From: Eledone cirrhosa
Lineage: Eukaryota
DNA: 64,000 nucleotides
Direction: 5' to 3'
Assembly (NCBI GenBank): GCA_964016885.1
Contig: OZ024742.1
Span: 179,428,001-179,492,000 of the forward strand
Numbering within the stretch: position 1 is the first letter of the stretch; each line of letters opens with the position of its first letter. The translations under genes and the position numbers were made by a program. The notes below the pieces were generated by a model. That model was not told the DNA's origin and made no database searches. It worked only from the letters and a program-made list of their open reading frames with translations. Shown in pieces: positions 28,101 through 43,100 of this stretch.

Positions 28101-31100
28101 CAAATAAAAAACGGACCCTCCCATAAAAGAACGGGGCACCCAATTAAAAAACGGGGTACCCAAATAAAAAACGGCGCACCCAAATAAAAAACGGGGTACC
28201 CAAATAAAAAACGGCGCACCTGAATAAAAAAAACGGGGCACCCAAATAAAAAACGGGGTACCCAAATAAAAAACGGACCCCCCCATAAAAAAACGGGGCA
28301 CCCAAATAATAAACGGACCCCACCCATAAAAAAACGGGGCACCCAAATAAAAAACGGGGTACCCAAAGTAAAAACGGACCGCCCCCATAAAAAAAGGGGC
28401 ACCCAAATAAAAAACGGGGTACCCAAATAAAAAACGGGGTAACCAAATAAAAAACGGACCCCCCCCCCATAAAAAAACGGGGCACCCAAATAATAAACGG
28501 ACCCCCCCCATAAAAAAACGGGGAACCCAAATAAAAAACGGGGTACCCAAATTAAGAACGGACCGCCCCCATAAAAAGACGGGGCACCCAAATAAAATAA
28601 GGGGTACCCAAATAAAAAACGGGGTAACCAAATAAAAAACGGACCCCCCCATAAAAAAACGGGGCACCCAAATAAGTAACGGACCCCACCATAAAAAAAC
28701 GGAGCACCCAATTAAAAAACGGACCCCCCCCATAAAAAACGGGGCACCCAAATAAAAAACGGGGTACCCAAATAAAAAACGGACCCCCCCATAAAAAACG
28801 GGGCACTCAAATAAAAGACGGGGTACCCAAATAGACAACGTGGCACCCAAATAAAAAATGGACCCCCCCATAAAAAAACGGGGCACCCAAATAAAAAACG
28901 GGGTATCCAAATAAAAAACGTGGCACCCAAATAAAAAACGGACCCCCCCCATAAAAAAACGTATCACCCAAATAAAAAGCGGACCCCCCTAAAAAAACGG
29001 GTCACCCAAATAAAAAACGGGGTACCCAAATAAAAAACGGACCCCCCCCATAATAAAACGGGGCACACAAAGAAAAAACGGGGCACCCAAATAAAAAACG
29101 GACCACCCCATAAAAAAACAGGGCACCCAAATAAAAAACGGGGTACCCAAATAAAGAACGTGGCACCCAAATAAAAAACGGACCCCCCATAAAAAAACGT
29201 GTCACCCAAATAAAAAACGGACCCCCCCCATAAAAGAACGGGGCACCCAAATAAAAAACGGGGTACCCAAATAAAAAACGTACCCCCCGATAAAAAAACG
29301 GGGCACCCAAATAAAAAACGAGGTACCCAAATAAAAAACGGACCCCCCATAGAAAAACCAGGCACCCAAATAAAAAACGGGGTACCCAAATAAAAAACGG
29401 ACCCCCCCATAATAAAACGGGGCACACAAATAAAAACCGGACGCCCCCATAAAAGAACGGGGCACCCAAATAAAAAACGGGGTACCCAAATATAAAACGG
29501 CGCACCCAAATAAAAAAACGGGGCACCCAAATAAAAAACGGGGTACCCAAACAAAAAACGGACCCCCCCCATAAAAAAACGTGTCACCCAAATAAAAAGC
29601 GGACCCCCCCCTAAAAAAACGGGTCACCCAAATAAAAAACGGGGTACCCAAATAAAAAACGGGGTACCCAAATAAAAAACGGACCCCCCCCATAATAAAA
29701 CGGGGCACACAAATAAAAAACGGGCCACCCAAATAAAAAACGGACCACCCCATAAAAAAACAGGGCACCCAAATAAAAAACGGGGTACCCAAATAAAAAA
29801 CGTGGCACCCAAATAAAAAACGGACCCCCCATAAAAAAACGTGTCACCCAAATAAAAAACGGACCCCCCCCCCATAAAAGAACGGGGCACCCAAATAAAA
29901 AACGGGGTACCCAAATAAAAAACGTACCCCCCGATAAAAAAACGGGGCACCCAAATAAAAAACGAGGTACCCAAATAAAAAACGGACCCCCCCATAGAAA
30001 AACCAGGCACCCAAATAAAAAACGGGGTACCCAAATAAAAAACGGACCCCCCCATAATAAAACGGGGCAAACAAATAAAAACCGGACGCCCCCATAAAAG
30101 AACGGGGCACCCAAATAAAAAACGGGGTACCCAAATATAAAACGGCGCACCCAAATAAAAAAACGGGGCACCCAAATAAAAAACGGGGTACCCAAACAAA
30201 AAACGGACCCCCCCCCATAAAAAAAGGGGCACCCAAACAAAAAACGGGGTACCCAAATAAAAAACGGACCCCCCCCCCCCTAAAAAAACAGGGCACCCAA
30301 ATAAAAAACGGACCACCCCCATAAAAAAATGGGGCACCCAAATAAATAACTGACCCCGCCCATAAAAAAACGGGGCACCCAAATTAAAAATGGACCCCCC
30401 CCATAAAAAAAACGGGGCACAAAAATAAGAAACGGGGTACCCAAATAAAAAAACGGGGCACCCAAATAAAAAACGGGGTACCCAAATAAAAAACGTGGCA
30501 CCCAAATAAAAAACGCCCCCCCCCCATAAAAAACGTGTCACCCAAATAAAAAACGTACCCCCCTCCCATAAAATAACGGGGCACCCAATTAAAAAACGGG
30601 GTACCCAAATAAAAAACGCCCCCCCCCCCAAAAAAACGGGGCACCCAAATAAAAAACGAGGTACCCAAATAAAAAACGTGGCACCCAAATAAAAAACGGA
30701 CCCCCCCATAAAAAAACGTGTCACCCAAATAAAAAACGGACCCCCCCATAAAAGAACGGGGCACCCAAATAAAAAACGGGGTACCCAAATAAAAAACGGA
30801 ACCGCCCCCCATAAAATAACGGGGCACCCAAATAAAAAACGAGGTACCCAAATAAAAAACGGACCCCCCCATAAAAAAACGAGGCACCCAAATAAAAAAC
30901 GGGGTACCCAAATAAAAAACGGACCCCCCCCATAAAAAAACGGGGCACTCAAATAAAAAACGGAACCCCCCATAAAAAAACGGGTCACCCAAATAATAAA
31001 CGGACCCCCCCCCATAAAAAAACGGGGAACCCAAATAAAAAACGGGGTACCCAAATTAAGAACGGACCGCCCCCATAAAAAGACGGGGCACCCAAATAAA

Positions 31101-34100
31101 ATAAGGGGTACCCAAATAAAAAACGGGGTAACCAAATAAAAAACGGACCCCCCCCATAAAAAAACGGGGCACCCAAATAAGTAACGGACCCCACCATAAA
31201 AAAACGGAGCACCCAATTAAAAAACGGACCCCCCCCATAAAAAACGGGGCACCCAAATAAAAAACGGGGTACCCAAATAAAAAACGGACCCCCCCATAAA
31301 AAACGGGGCACTCAAATAAAAGACGGGGTACCCAAATAGACAACGTGGCACCCAAATAAAAAATGGACCCCCCCATAAAAAAACGGGGCACCCAAATAAA
31401 AAACGGGGTATCCAAATAAAAAACGTGGCACCCAAATAAAAAACGGACCCCCCCCATAAAAAAACGTATCACCCAAATAAAAAGCGGACCCCCCTAAAAA
31501 AACGGGTCACCCAAATAAAAAACGGGGTACCCAAATAAAAAACGGACCCCCCCCATAATAAAACGGGGCACACAAAGAAAAAACGGGGCACCCAAATAAA
31601 AAACGGACCACCCCATAAAAAAACAGGGCACCCAAATAAAAAACGGGGTACCCAAATAAAGAACGTGGCACCCAAATAAAAAACGGACCCCCCATAAAAA
31701 AACGTGTCACCCAAATAAAAAACGGACCCCCCCCATAAAAGAACGGGGCACCCAAATAAAAAACGGGGTACCCAAATAAAAAACGTACCCCCCGATAAAA
31801 AAACGGGGCACCCAAATAAAAAACGAGGTACCCAAATAAAAAACGGACCCCCCATAGAAAAACCAGGCACCCAAATAAAAAACGGGGTACCCAAATAAAA
31901 AACGGACCCCCCCATAATAAAACGGGGCACACAAATAAAAACCGGACGCCCCCATAAAAGAACGGGGCACCCAAATAAAAAACGGGGTACCCAAATATAA
32001 AACGGCGCACCCAAATAAAAAAACGGGGCACCCAAATAAAAAACGGGGTACCCAAACAAAAAACGGACCCCCCCCATAAAAAAAACGTGTCACCCAAATA
32101 AAAAGCGGACCCCCCCCTAAAAAAACGGGTCACCCAAATAAAAAACGGGGTACCCAAATAAAAAACGGGGTACCCAAATAAAAAACGGACCCCCCCCATA
32201 ATAAAACGGGGCACACAAATAAAAAACGGGCCACCCAAATAAAAAACGGACCACCCCATAAAAAAACAGGGCACCCAAATAAAAAACGGGGTACCCAAAT
32301 AAAAAACGTGGCACCCAAATAAAAAACGGACCCCCCATAAAAAAACGTGTCACCCAAATAAAAAACGGACCCCCCCCCATAAAAGAACGGGGCACCCAAA
32401 TAAAAAACGGGGTACCCAAATAAAAAACGTACCCCCCGATAAAAAAACGGGGCACCCAAATAAAAAACGAGGTACCCAAATAAAAAACGGACCCCCCCAT
32501 AGAAAAACCAGGCACCCAAATAAAAAACGGGGTACCCAAATAAAAAACGGACCCCCCCATAATAAAACGGGGCAAACAAATAAAAACCGGACGCCCCCAT
32601 AAAAGAACGGGGCACCCAAATAAAAAACGGGGTACCCAAATATAAAACGGCGCACCCAAATAAAAAAACGGGGCACCCAAATAAAAAACGGGGTACCCAA
32701 ACAAAAAACGGACCCCCCCCCATAAAAAAAGGGGCACCCAAACAAAAAACGGGGTACCCAAATAAAAAACGGACCCCCCCCCCCTAAAAAAACAGGGCAC
32801 CCAAATAAAAAACGGACCACCCCCATAAAAAAATGGGGCACCCAAATAAATAACTGACCCCGCCCATAAAAAAACGGGGCACCCAAATTAAAAATGGACC
32901 CCCCCCATAAAAAAAACGGGGCACAAAAATAAGAAACGGGGTACCCAAATAAAAAAACGGGGCACCCAAATAAAAAACGGGGTACCCAAATAAAAAACGT
33001 GGCACCCAAATAAAAAACGCCCCCCCCCCATAAAAAACGTGTCACCCAAATAAAAAACGTACCCCCCTCCCATAAAATAACGGGGCACCCAATTAAAAAA
33101 CGGGGTACCCAAATAAAAAACGCCCCCCCCCCCAAAAAAAAAACGGGGCACCCAAATAAAAAACGAGGTACCCAAATAAAAAACGTGGCACCCAAATAAA
33201 AAACGGACCCCCCCATAAAAAAACGTGTCACCCAAATAAAAAACGGACCCCCCCATAAAAGAACGGGGCACCCAAATAAAAAACGGGGTACCCAAATAAA
33301 AAACGGAACCGCCCCCCATAAAATAACGGGGCACCCAAATAAAAAACGAGGTACCCAAATAAAAAACGGACCCCCCCATAAAAAAACGAGGCACCCAAAT
33401 AAAAAACGGGGTACCCAAATAAAAAACGGACCCCCCCCCCATAAAAAAACGGGGCACTCAAATAAAAAACGGAACCCCCCATAAAAAAACGGGTCACCCA
33501 AATAAAAAACGGGGTACACAGATAAAAAACGGACCCCCCCATAAAAAAAACGGGACACCCAAATAAAAAACGGGGTACCCAAATAAAAAACGGACCCCCC
33601 ATAAAAAAACGGGACACCCAAATAAAAAACGTGGTACCCAAATAAAAAACGGACCCCCCCCATAAAAAAACGGGGCACCCAAATAATAGACGGGGTACCC
33701 AAATAAAAAACGTGGCACCCAAATAAAAAACGGACCCCCCCATAAAAAAACGGGACACCCAAATAAAAAACGGGGTACCCAAATAAAAAACGGACCCCCC
33801 CATAATAAAACGGGGCACACAAATAAAAAACGGGGCACCCAAATAAAAAACGGGGTACCCAAATTAAAAACGGACCCCCAATAAAAAAACGGGGCACCCA
33901 AATAAAAAAGGGGCACCCAAATAAAAAACGGACCCCCCATAAAAAAACGGGGCACCCAAATAAAAAACGTGGTACCCAAATAAAAAACGTGGCACCCAAA
34001 TAAAAACGGATCCCCCATAAAAAAACGGGTCACCCAAATAAAAAACGGGGTACACAGATAAAAAACGGACCCCCCCATAAAAAAACGGGACACCCAAATA

Positions 34101-37100
34101 AAAAACGGGGTACCCAAATAAAAAACGGACCCCCCATAAAAAAACGGGGCACCCAAATAAAAAACGTGGTACCCAAATAAAAAACGGACACCCCCCCATA
34201 AAAAAACGGGGCACATAAATAAAAAACGGGGTACCCAAATAAAAAACGGGGTAACCAAATAAAAAACGGACCCTCCCCATAAAAAAACGGGGCACCCAAA
34301 TAATAGACGGGGTACCCAAATAAAAAACGTGGCACCCAAATAAAAAACGGACCCCCCCATAATAAAACGGGGCACACAAATAAAAAACGGGGCACCCAAA
34401 TAAAAAACGGGGTACCCAAATTAAAAACGGACCCCCAATAAAAAAACGGGGCACCCAAATAAAAAAGGGGCACCCAAATAAAAAACGGACCCCCCATAAA
34501 AAAACGGGGCACCCAAATAAAAAACGTGGTACCCAAATAAAAAACGTGGCACCCAAATAAAAAACGGACCCCCCATAAAAAAACGTGTCACCCAAATAAA
34601 AAACGGACCCCCCCCATAAAAGAACGGGGCACCCAAATAAAAAACGGGGTACCCAAATAAAAAACGGACCCCCCCATAAAAAAACGGGGCACCCAAATAA
34701 TAAACGGACCCCCCCCATAAAAAAACGGGGCACCCAAATAAAAAACGGGGTACCCAAATTAAGAACGGACCGCCCCCATAAAAAAACGGGGCACCCAAAT
34801 AAAAAACGGGGTACCCAAATAAAAAACGGGGTAACCAAATAAAAAACGGACCCCCCATAAAAAAACGGGCCACCCAAATAAATAACGGACCCCCCATAAA
34901 AAAACGGAGCACCCAAACAAAAAACGGGGTACCCAAATAAAAAACGGGGTACCCAAATAAAAAACGGACCCCCCCCATAATATAACGGGGCACACAAATA
35001 AAAAACGGGGTACCCAAATAAAAAACGGACCCCCCCATAAAAAACGGGGCACTCAAATAAAAGACGGGGTACCCAAATAGACAACGTGGCACCCAAATAA
35101 AAAACGGACCCCCCCATAAAAAAACGGGGCACCCAAATAAAAAACGGGGTACCCAAATAAAAAACGTGGCACCCAAATAAAAAACGGACCCCCCCCATAA
35201 AAAAACGTGTCACCCAAATAAAAAACGGACCCCCCTAAAAAAAACGGGGCACCCAAATAAAAAACGGGGTACCCAAATAAAAAACGGGGTACCCAAATAA
35301 AAAACGGACCCCCCCCCATAATATAACGGGGCACACAAATAAAAAACGGGGCACCCAAATAACAAACGGACCACCCCATAAAAAAACAGGGCACCCAAAT
35401 AAAAAACGGGGTACCCAAATAAAAAACGTGGCACCCAAATAAAAAACGGACCCCCCATAAAAAAATGTGTCACCCAAATAAAAAACGGACCCCCCATAAA
35501 AGAACGGGGCACCCAAATAAAAAACGGGGTACCGAAATAAAAAACGGACCCCCCGATAAAATAACGGGGCACCCAAATAAAAAACGAGGTACCCAAATAA
35601 AAAACGGACCCCCCCATAGAAAAACCAGGCACCCAAATAAAAAACGGGGTACCCATATAAAAAACGGACCCCCCCATAAAAAAACGGGGCACTCAAATAA
35701 AAAACGGATCCCCCCATAAAAAAACGGGTCATCCAAATAAAAAATGGGGCACCCAAATAAAAAACGGGGTACCCAAATATAAAACGGCGCACCCAAATAA
35801 AAAAACGGGGCACCCAAATAAAAAACGGAGTACCCAAACAGAAAACGGACCCCCCCATAAAAAAACGGGGCACCCAAATAAAAAAGGGGTACCCAAATAA
35901 AAAACGGACCCCCCCCCATAAAAAAACAGGGCACCCAAATAAAAAACGGACCACCCCCATAAAAAAATGGGGCACCCAAATAAATAACTGACCCCGCCCA
36001 TAAAAAAACGGGGCACCCAAATTAAAAATGGACCCCCCATAAAAAAACGGGGCACAAAAATAAAAAACGGGGTACCCAAATAAAAAAACGGACCCCCCCC
36101 CATAAAAAAACGGGGCACCCAAATAAAAAACGGGGTACCCAAATAAAAAACGGACCCCCCCATAAAAAAACGGGGCACCCAAATAATAAACGGACCCCCC
36201 ATAAAAAAACGGGGAACCCAAATAAAAAACGGGGTACCCAAATAAAAAACGGCGCACCCAAATAAAAAACGGGGTACCCAAATAAAAAACGGCGCACCCA
36301 AATAAAAAAACGGGGCACCCAAATAAAAAACGGGGTACCCAAATAAAAAACGGACCCCCCCATAAAAAAACGGGGCACCCAAATAATAAACGGACCCCCC
36401 CATAAAAAAACGGGGCACCCAAATAAAAAACGGGGTACCCAAATAAAAAACGGGGTAACCAAAAAAAAAACGCACCCCCCCATAAAAAAACGGGGCACCC
36501 AAATAAAAAACGGACCCCTCCATAAAAGAACGGGGCACCCAATTAAAAAACGGGGTACCCAAATAAAAAACGGCGCACCCAAATAAAAAACGGGGTACCC
36601 AAATAAAAAACGGCGCACCCAAATAAAAAAACGGGGCACCCAAATAAAAAACGGGGTACCCAAATAAAAAACGGACCCCCCCATAAAAAAACGGGGCACC
36701 CAAATAATAAACGGACCCCCCCATAAAAAAACGGGGCACCCAAATAAAAAACGGGGTACCCAAATAAAAAACGTGGCACCCAAATAAAAAACGCCCCCCC
36801 CCCATAAAAAACGTGTCACCCAAATAAAAAACGTACCCCCCTCCCATAAAATAACGGGGCACCCAATTAAAAAACGGGGTACCCAAATAAAAAACGCCCC
36901 CCCCCCAAAAAAAAAACGGGGCACCCAAATAAAAAACGAGGTACCCAAATAAAAAACGTGGCACCCAAATAAAAAACGGACCCCCCCATAAAAAAACGTG
37001 TCACCCAAATAAAAAACGGACCCCCCCATAAAAGAACGGGGCACCCAAATAAAAAACGGGGTACCCAAATAAAAAACGGAACCGCCCCCCATAAAATAAC

Positions 37101-40100
37101 GGGGCACCCAAATAAAAAACGAGGTACCCAAATAAAAAACGGACCCCCCCATAAAAAAACGAGGCACCCAAATAAAAAACGGGGTACCCAAATAAAAAAC
37201 GGACCCCCCCCATAAAAAAACGGGGCACTCAAATAAAAAACGGAACCCCCCATAAAAAAACGGGTCACCCAAATAAAAAACGGGGTACACAGATAAAAAA
37301 CGGACCCCCCCATAAAAAAACGGGACACCCAAATAAAAAACGGGGTACCCAAATAAAAAACGGACCCCCCATAAAAAAACGGGACACCCAAATAAAAAAC
37401 GTGGTACCCAAATAAAAAACGGACCCCCCCCATAAAAAAACGGGGCACCCAAATAATAGACGGGGTACCCAAATAAAAACGTGGCACCCAAATAAAAAAC
37501 GGACCCCCCCATAAAAAAACGGGACACCCAAATAAAAAACGGGGTACCCAAATAAAAAACGGACCCCCCCATAATAAAACGGGGCACACAAATAAAAAAC
37601 GGGGCACCCAAATAAAAAACGGGGTACCCAAATTAAAAACGGACCCCCAATAAAAAAACGGGGCACCCAAATAAAAAAGGGGCACCCAAATAAAAAACGG
37701 ACCCCCCATAAAAAAACGGGGCACCCAAATAAAAAACGTGGTACCCAAATAAAAAACGTGGCACCCAAATAAAAACGGATCCCCCATAAAAAAACGGGTC
37801 ACCCAAATAAAAAACGGGGTACACAGATAAAAAACGGACCCCCCCATAAAAAAACGGGACACCCAAATAAAAAACGGGGTACCCAAATAAAAAACGGACC
37901 CCCCATAAAAAAACGGGGCACCCAAATAAAAAACGTGGTACCCAAATAAAAAACGGACCCCCCCCCATAAAAAAACGGGGCACATAAATAAAAAACGGGG
38001 TACCCAAATAAAAAACGGGGTAACCAAATAAAAAACGGACCCTCCCCATAAAAAAACGGGGCACCCAAATAATAGACGGGGTACCCAAATAAAAAACGTG
38101 GCACCCAAATAAAAAACGGACCCCCCCATAATAAAACGGGGCACACAAATAAAAAACGGGGCACCCAAATAAAAAACGGGGTACCCAAATTAAAAACGGA
38201 CCCCCAATAAAAAAACGGGGCAACCAAATAAAAAAGGGGCACCCAAATAAAAAACGGACCCCCCATAAAAAAACGGGGCACCCAAATAAAAAACGTGGTA
38301 CCCAAATAAAAAACGTGGCACCCAAATAAAAAACGGACCCCCCATAAAAAAACGTGTCACCCAAATAAAAAACGGACCCCCCCATAAAAGAACGGGGCAC
38401 CCAAATAAAAAACGGGGTACCCAAATAAAAAACGGACCCCCCCATAAAAAAACGGGGCACCCAAATAATAAACGGACCCCCCCCATAAAAAAACGGGGCA
38501 CCCAAATAAAAAACGGGGTACCCAAATTAAGAACGGACCGCCCCCATAAAAAAACGGGGCACCCAAATAAAAAACGGGGTACCCAAATAAAAATCGGGGT
38601 AACCAAATAAAAAACGGACCCCCCATAAAAAAACGGGCCACCCAAATAAATAACGGACCCCCCATAAAAAAACGGAGCACCCAAACAAAAAACGGGGTAC
38701 CCAAATAAAAAACGGGGTACCCAAATAAAAAACGGACCCCCCCCATAATATAACGGGGCACACAAATAAAAAACGGGGTACCCAAATAAAAAACGGACCC
38801 CCCCATAAAAAACGGGGCACTCAAATAAAAGACGGGGTACCCAAATAGACAACGTGGCACCCAAATAAAAAACGGACCCCCCCATAAAAAAACGGGGCAC
38901 CCAAATAAAAAACGGGGTACCCAAATAAAAAACGTGGCACCCAAATAAAAAACGGACCCCCCCATAAAAAAAACGTGTCACCCAAATAAAAAACGGACCC
39001 CCCTAAAAAAAACGGGGCACCCAAATAAAAAACGGGGTACCCAAATAAAAAACGGGGTACCCAAATAAAAAACGGACCCCCCCCCCATAATATAACGGGG
39101 CACACAAATAAAAAACGGGGCACCCAAATAACAAACGGACCACCCCATAAAAAAACAGGGCACCCAAATAAAAAACGGGGTACCCAAATAAAAAACGTGG
39201 CACCCAAATAAAAAACGGACCCCCCATAAAAAAATGTGTCACCCAAATAAAAAACGGACCCCCCATAAAAGAACGGGGCACCCAAATAAAAAACGGGGTA
39301 CCGAAATAAAAAACGGACCCCCCGATAAAATAACGGGGCACCCAAATAAAAAACGAGGTACCCAAATAAAAAACGGACCCCCCCATAGAAAAACCAGGCA
39401 CCCAAATAAAAAACGGGGTACCCATATAAAAAACGGACCCCCCCATAAAAAAACGGGGCACTCAAATAAAAAACGGATCCCCCCATAAAAAAACGGGTCA
39501 TCCAAATAAAAAATGGGGCACCCAAATAAAAAACGGGGTACCCAAATATAAAACGGCGCACCCAAATAAAAAAACGGGGCACCCAAATAAAAAACGGAGT
39601 ACCCAAACAGAAAACGGACCCCCCCCATAAAAAAACGGGGCACCCAAATAAAAAAGGGGTACCCAAATAAAAAACGGACCCCCCCCCCATAAAAAAACAG
39701 GGCACCCAAATAAAAAACGGACCACCCCCATAAAAAAATGGGGCACCCAAATAAATAACTGACCCCGCCCATAAAAAAACGGGGCACCCAAATTAAAAAT
39801 GGACCCCCCATAAAAAAACGGGGCACAAAAATAAAAAACGGGGTACCCAAATAAAAAAACGGACCCCCCCCCATAAAAAAACGGGGCACCCAAATAAAAA
39901 ACGGGGTACCCAAATAAAAAACGGACCCCCCCATAAAAAAACGGGGCACCCAAATAATAAACGGACCCCCCATAAAAAAACGGGGAACCCAAATAAAAAA
40001 CGGGGTACCCAAATAAAAAACGGCGCACCCAAATAAAAAACGGGGTACCCAAATAAAAAACGGCGCACCCAAATAAAAAAACGGGGCACCCAAATAAAAA

Positions 40101-43100
40101 ACGGGGTACCCAAATAAAAAACGGACCCCCCCATAAAAAAACGGGGCACCCAAATAATAAACGGACCCCCCCATAAAAAAACGGGGCACCCAAATAAAAA
40201 ACGGGGTACCCAAATAAAAAACGGGGTAACCAAAAAAAAAACGCACCCCCCCATAAAAAAACGGGGCACCCAAATAAAAAACGGACCCCTCCATAAAAGA
40301 ACGGGGCACCCAATTAAAAAACGGGGTACCCAAATAAAAAACGGCGCACCCAAATAAAAAACGGGGTACCCAAATAAAAAACGGCGCACCCAAATAAAAA
40401 AACGGGGCACCCAAATAAAAAACGGGGTACCCAAATAAAAAACGGACCCCCCCATAAAAAAACGGGGCACCCAAATAATAAACGGACCCCCCCATAAAAA
40501 AACGGGGCACCCAAATAAAAAACGGGGTACCCAAATAAAAAACGGGGTAACCAAATAAAAAACGGACCCCCCCCCATAAAAAAACGGCGCACCCAAATAA
40601 ATAACGGACCCCCCCATAAAAAACGGAGCACCCAATTAAAAAACGGACCCCCGCCATAAAAAACGGGGCACCCAAATAAAAAACGGGGTACCCAAATAAA
40701 AAACGGACCCCCCCCATAAAAAAACGGGGTACCCAAATAAAAAACGGACCCCCCCATAAAAGAACGGGGCGCCCAAATAAAAAACGGGGTACCCAAATAA
40801 AAAACGGCGCACCCAAATAAAAGAACGGGGCACCCAAATAAAAAACGGGGTATCCAAATAAAAAACGGACCCCCTCCATAAAAAAACGGGGCACCCAAAT
40901 AAAAAACGGGGTACCCAAATAAAAAACGGACCCCCCCCATAAAAAAACGGGGCACCCAAATAAAAAACGGACCCCCCCCATAAAAAAAATGGGGCACCCA
41001 AATAAATAACTGACGCCGCCCATAAAAAAACGGGGCACCCAAATTAAAATTGGACCCCCCCCCCATAAAAAAACGGGGCACAAAAATAAAAAACGGGGTA
41101 GCCAAATAAAAAAACGGACCCCCCCTAAAAAACGGGGCACCCAAATAAAAAACGGGGTACCCAAATAAAAAACGGACCCCCCATAAAAAAACGGGGCACC
41201 CAAATAATAAACGGACCCCCCCCCCCCCATGAAAAAACGGGGCAACCAAATAAAAAACGGGGTACCCAAATTAAGAACGGACCGCCCCCATAAAAAAACG
41301 GGGCACCCAAATAAAAAACGGGGTACCCAAATAAAAGACGGGGTAACCAAATAAAAAACGGACCCCCCCATAAAAATAACGGGGCACCCAAATAAATAAC
41401 GGACACCCCCATAAAAAAACGGAGCACCCAATTAAAAAACGGTCCCCCCCCATAAAGAACGGGGCACCCAAATAAAAAACGGAGCCCCCCATAAAAAAAC
41501 GGGGCACCCAAATAAAAAACGGGGTACCCAAATAAAAAACGTGGCAACCAAATAAAAAAGGGGTACCCAAATAAAAAACGGACCCCCCCATAAAAAAACA
41601 GGGCACCCAAATAAAAAACGGACCACCCCCATAAAAAAATGGGGCACCCAAATAAATAACTGACCCCGCCCATAAAAAAAACGGGGCACCCAAATTAAAA
41701 ATGAACCCCCCCATAAAAAACGGGGCACAAAAATAAAAAACGGGGTACCCAAATAAAAAAACGGACCCCCCCCCTAAAAAAACGGGGCACCCAAATAAAA
41801 AACGGGGTACCCAAATAAAAAACGGACCCCCCCCATAAAAAAACGGGGCACCCAAATAATAAACGGACCCCCCATTAAACAACGGGGAACCCAAATAAAA
41901 AACGGGGTACCCAAATTAAGAACGGACCGCCCCCATAAAAAGACGGGGCACCCAAAAAAAAACGGGGTACCCAAATAAAAAACGGGGTAACCAAATAAAA
42001 AACGCACCCCCCCATAAAAAAACGGGGCACCCAAATAATAAACGGACCCCCCCATAAAAAAACGGGGCACCCAAATAAAAAACGGGGTACCCAAATAAAA
42101 AACGGGGTAACCAAATAAAAAAACGGGGCACCCAAATAAAAAACGGGGTACCCAAATAAAAAACGGACCCCCCCATAAAAAAACGGGGCACCCAAATAAT
42201 AAACGGACCCCCCCATAAAAAAACGGGGCACCCAAATAAAAAACGGGGTACCCAAATAAAAAACGGGGTAACCAAATAAAAAACGGACCCCCCCCATAAA
42301 AAAACGGCGCACCCAAATAAATAACGGACCCCCCCCATAAAAAAACGGAGCACCCAATTAAAAAACGGACCCCCGCCATAAAAAACGGGGCACCCAAATA
42401 AAAAACGGGGTACCCAAATAAAAAACGGACCCCCCCCATAAAAAAACGGGGTACCCAAATAAAAAACGGACCCCCCCATAAAAGAACGGGGCGCCCAAAT
42501 AAAAAACGGGGTACCCAAATAAAAAACGGCGCACCCAAATAAAAGAACGGGGCACCCAAATAAAAAACGGGGTACCCAAATAAAAAACGGACCCCCTCCA
42601 TAAAAAAACGGGGCACCCAAATAAAAAACGGACCCCCCCATAAAAAAAATGGGGCACCCAAATAAATAACTGACGCCGCCCATACAAAAACGGGGCACCC
42701 AAATTAAAATTGGACCCCCCCCCATAAAAAAACGGGGCACAAAAATAAAAAACGGGGTAGCCAAATAAAAAAACGGACCCCCCCCTAAAAAACGGGGCAC
42801 CCAAATAAAAAACGGGGTACCCAAATAAAAAACGGACCCCCCAAATAAAAAACGGGGTACCCAAATAAAAAACGTGGCAACCAAATAAAAAACGGACCCC
42901 CCCATAAAAAAACGGGGCACCCAAATAAAAAACGGGGTACCCAAATAAAAAACGTGGCACCCAAATAAAAAACGGACCCCCCCCCCATAAAAAACGGGGC
43001 ACCCAAATAAAAAACGGGGTACCCAAATAAAAAACGGACCCCCCCATAAAATAACGGGGCACCCAAATAAAAAACGGGGTACCCAAATAAAAAACGTGGC

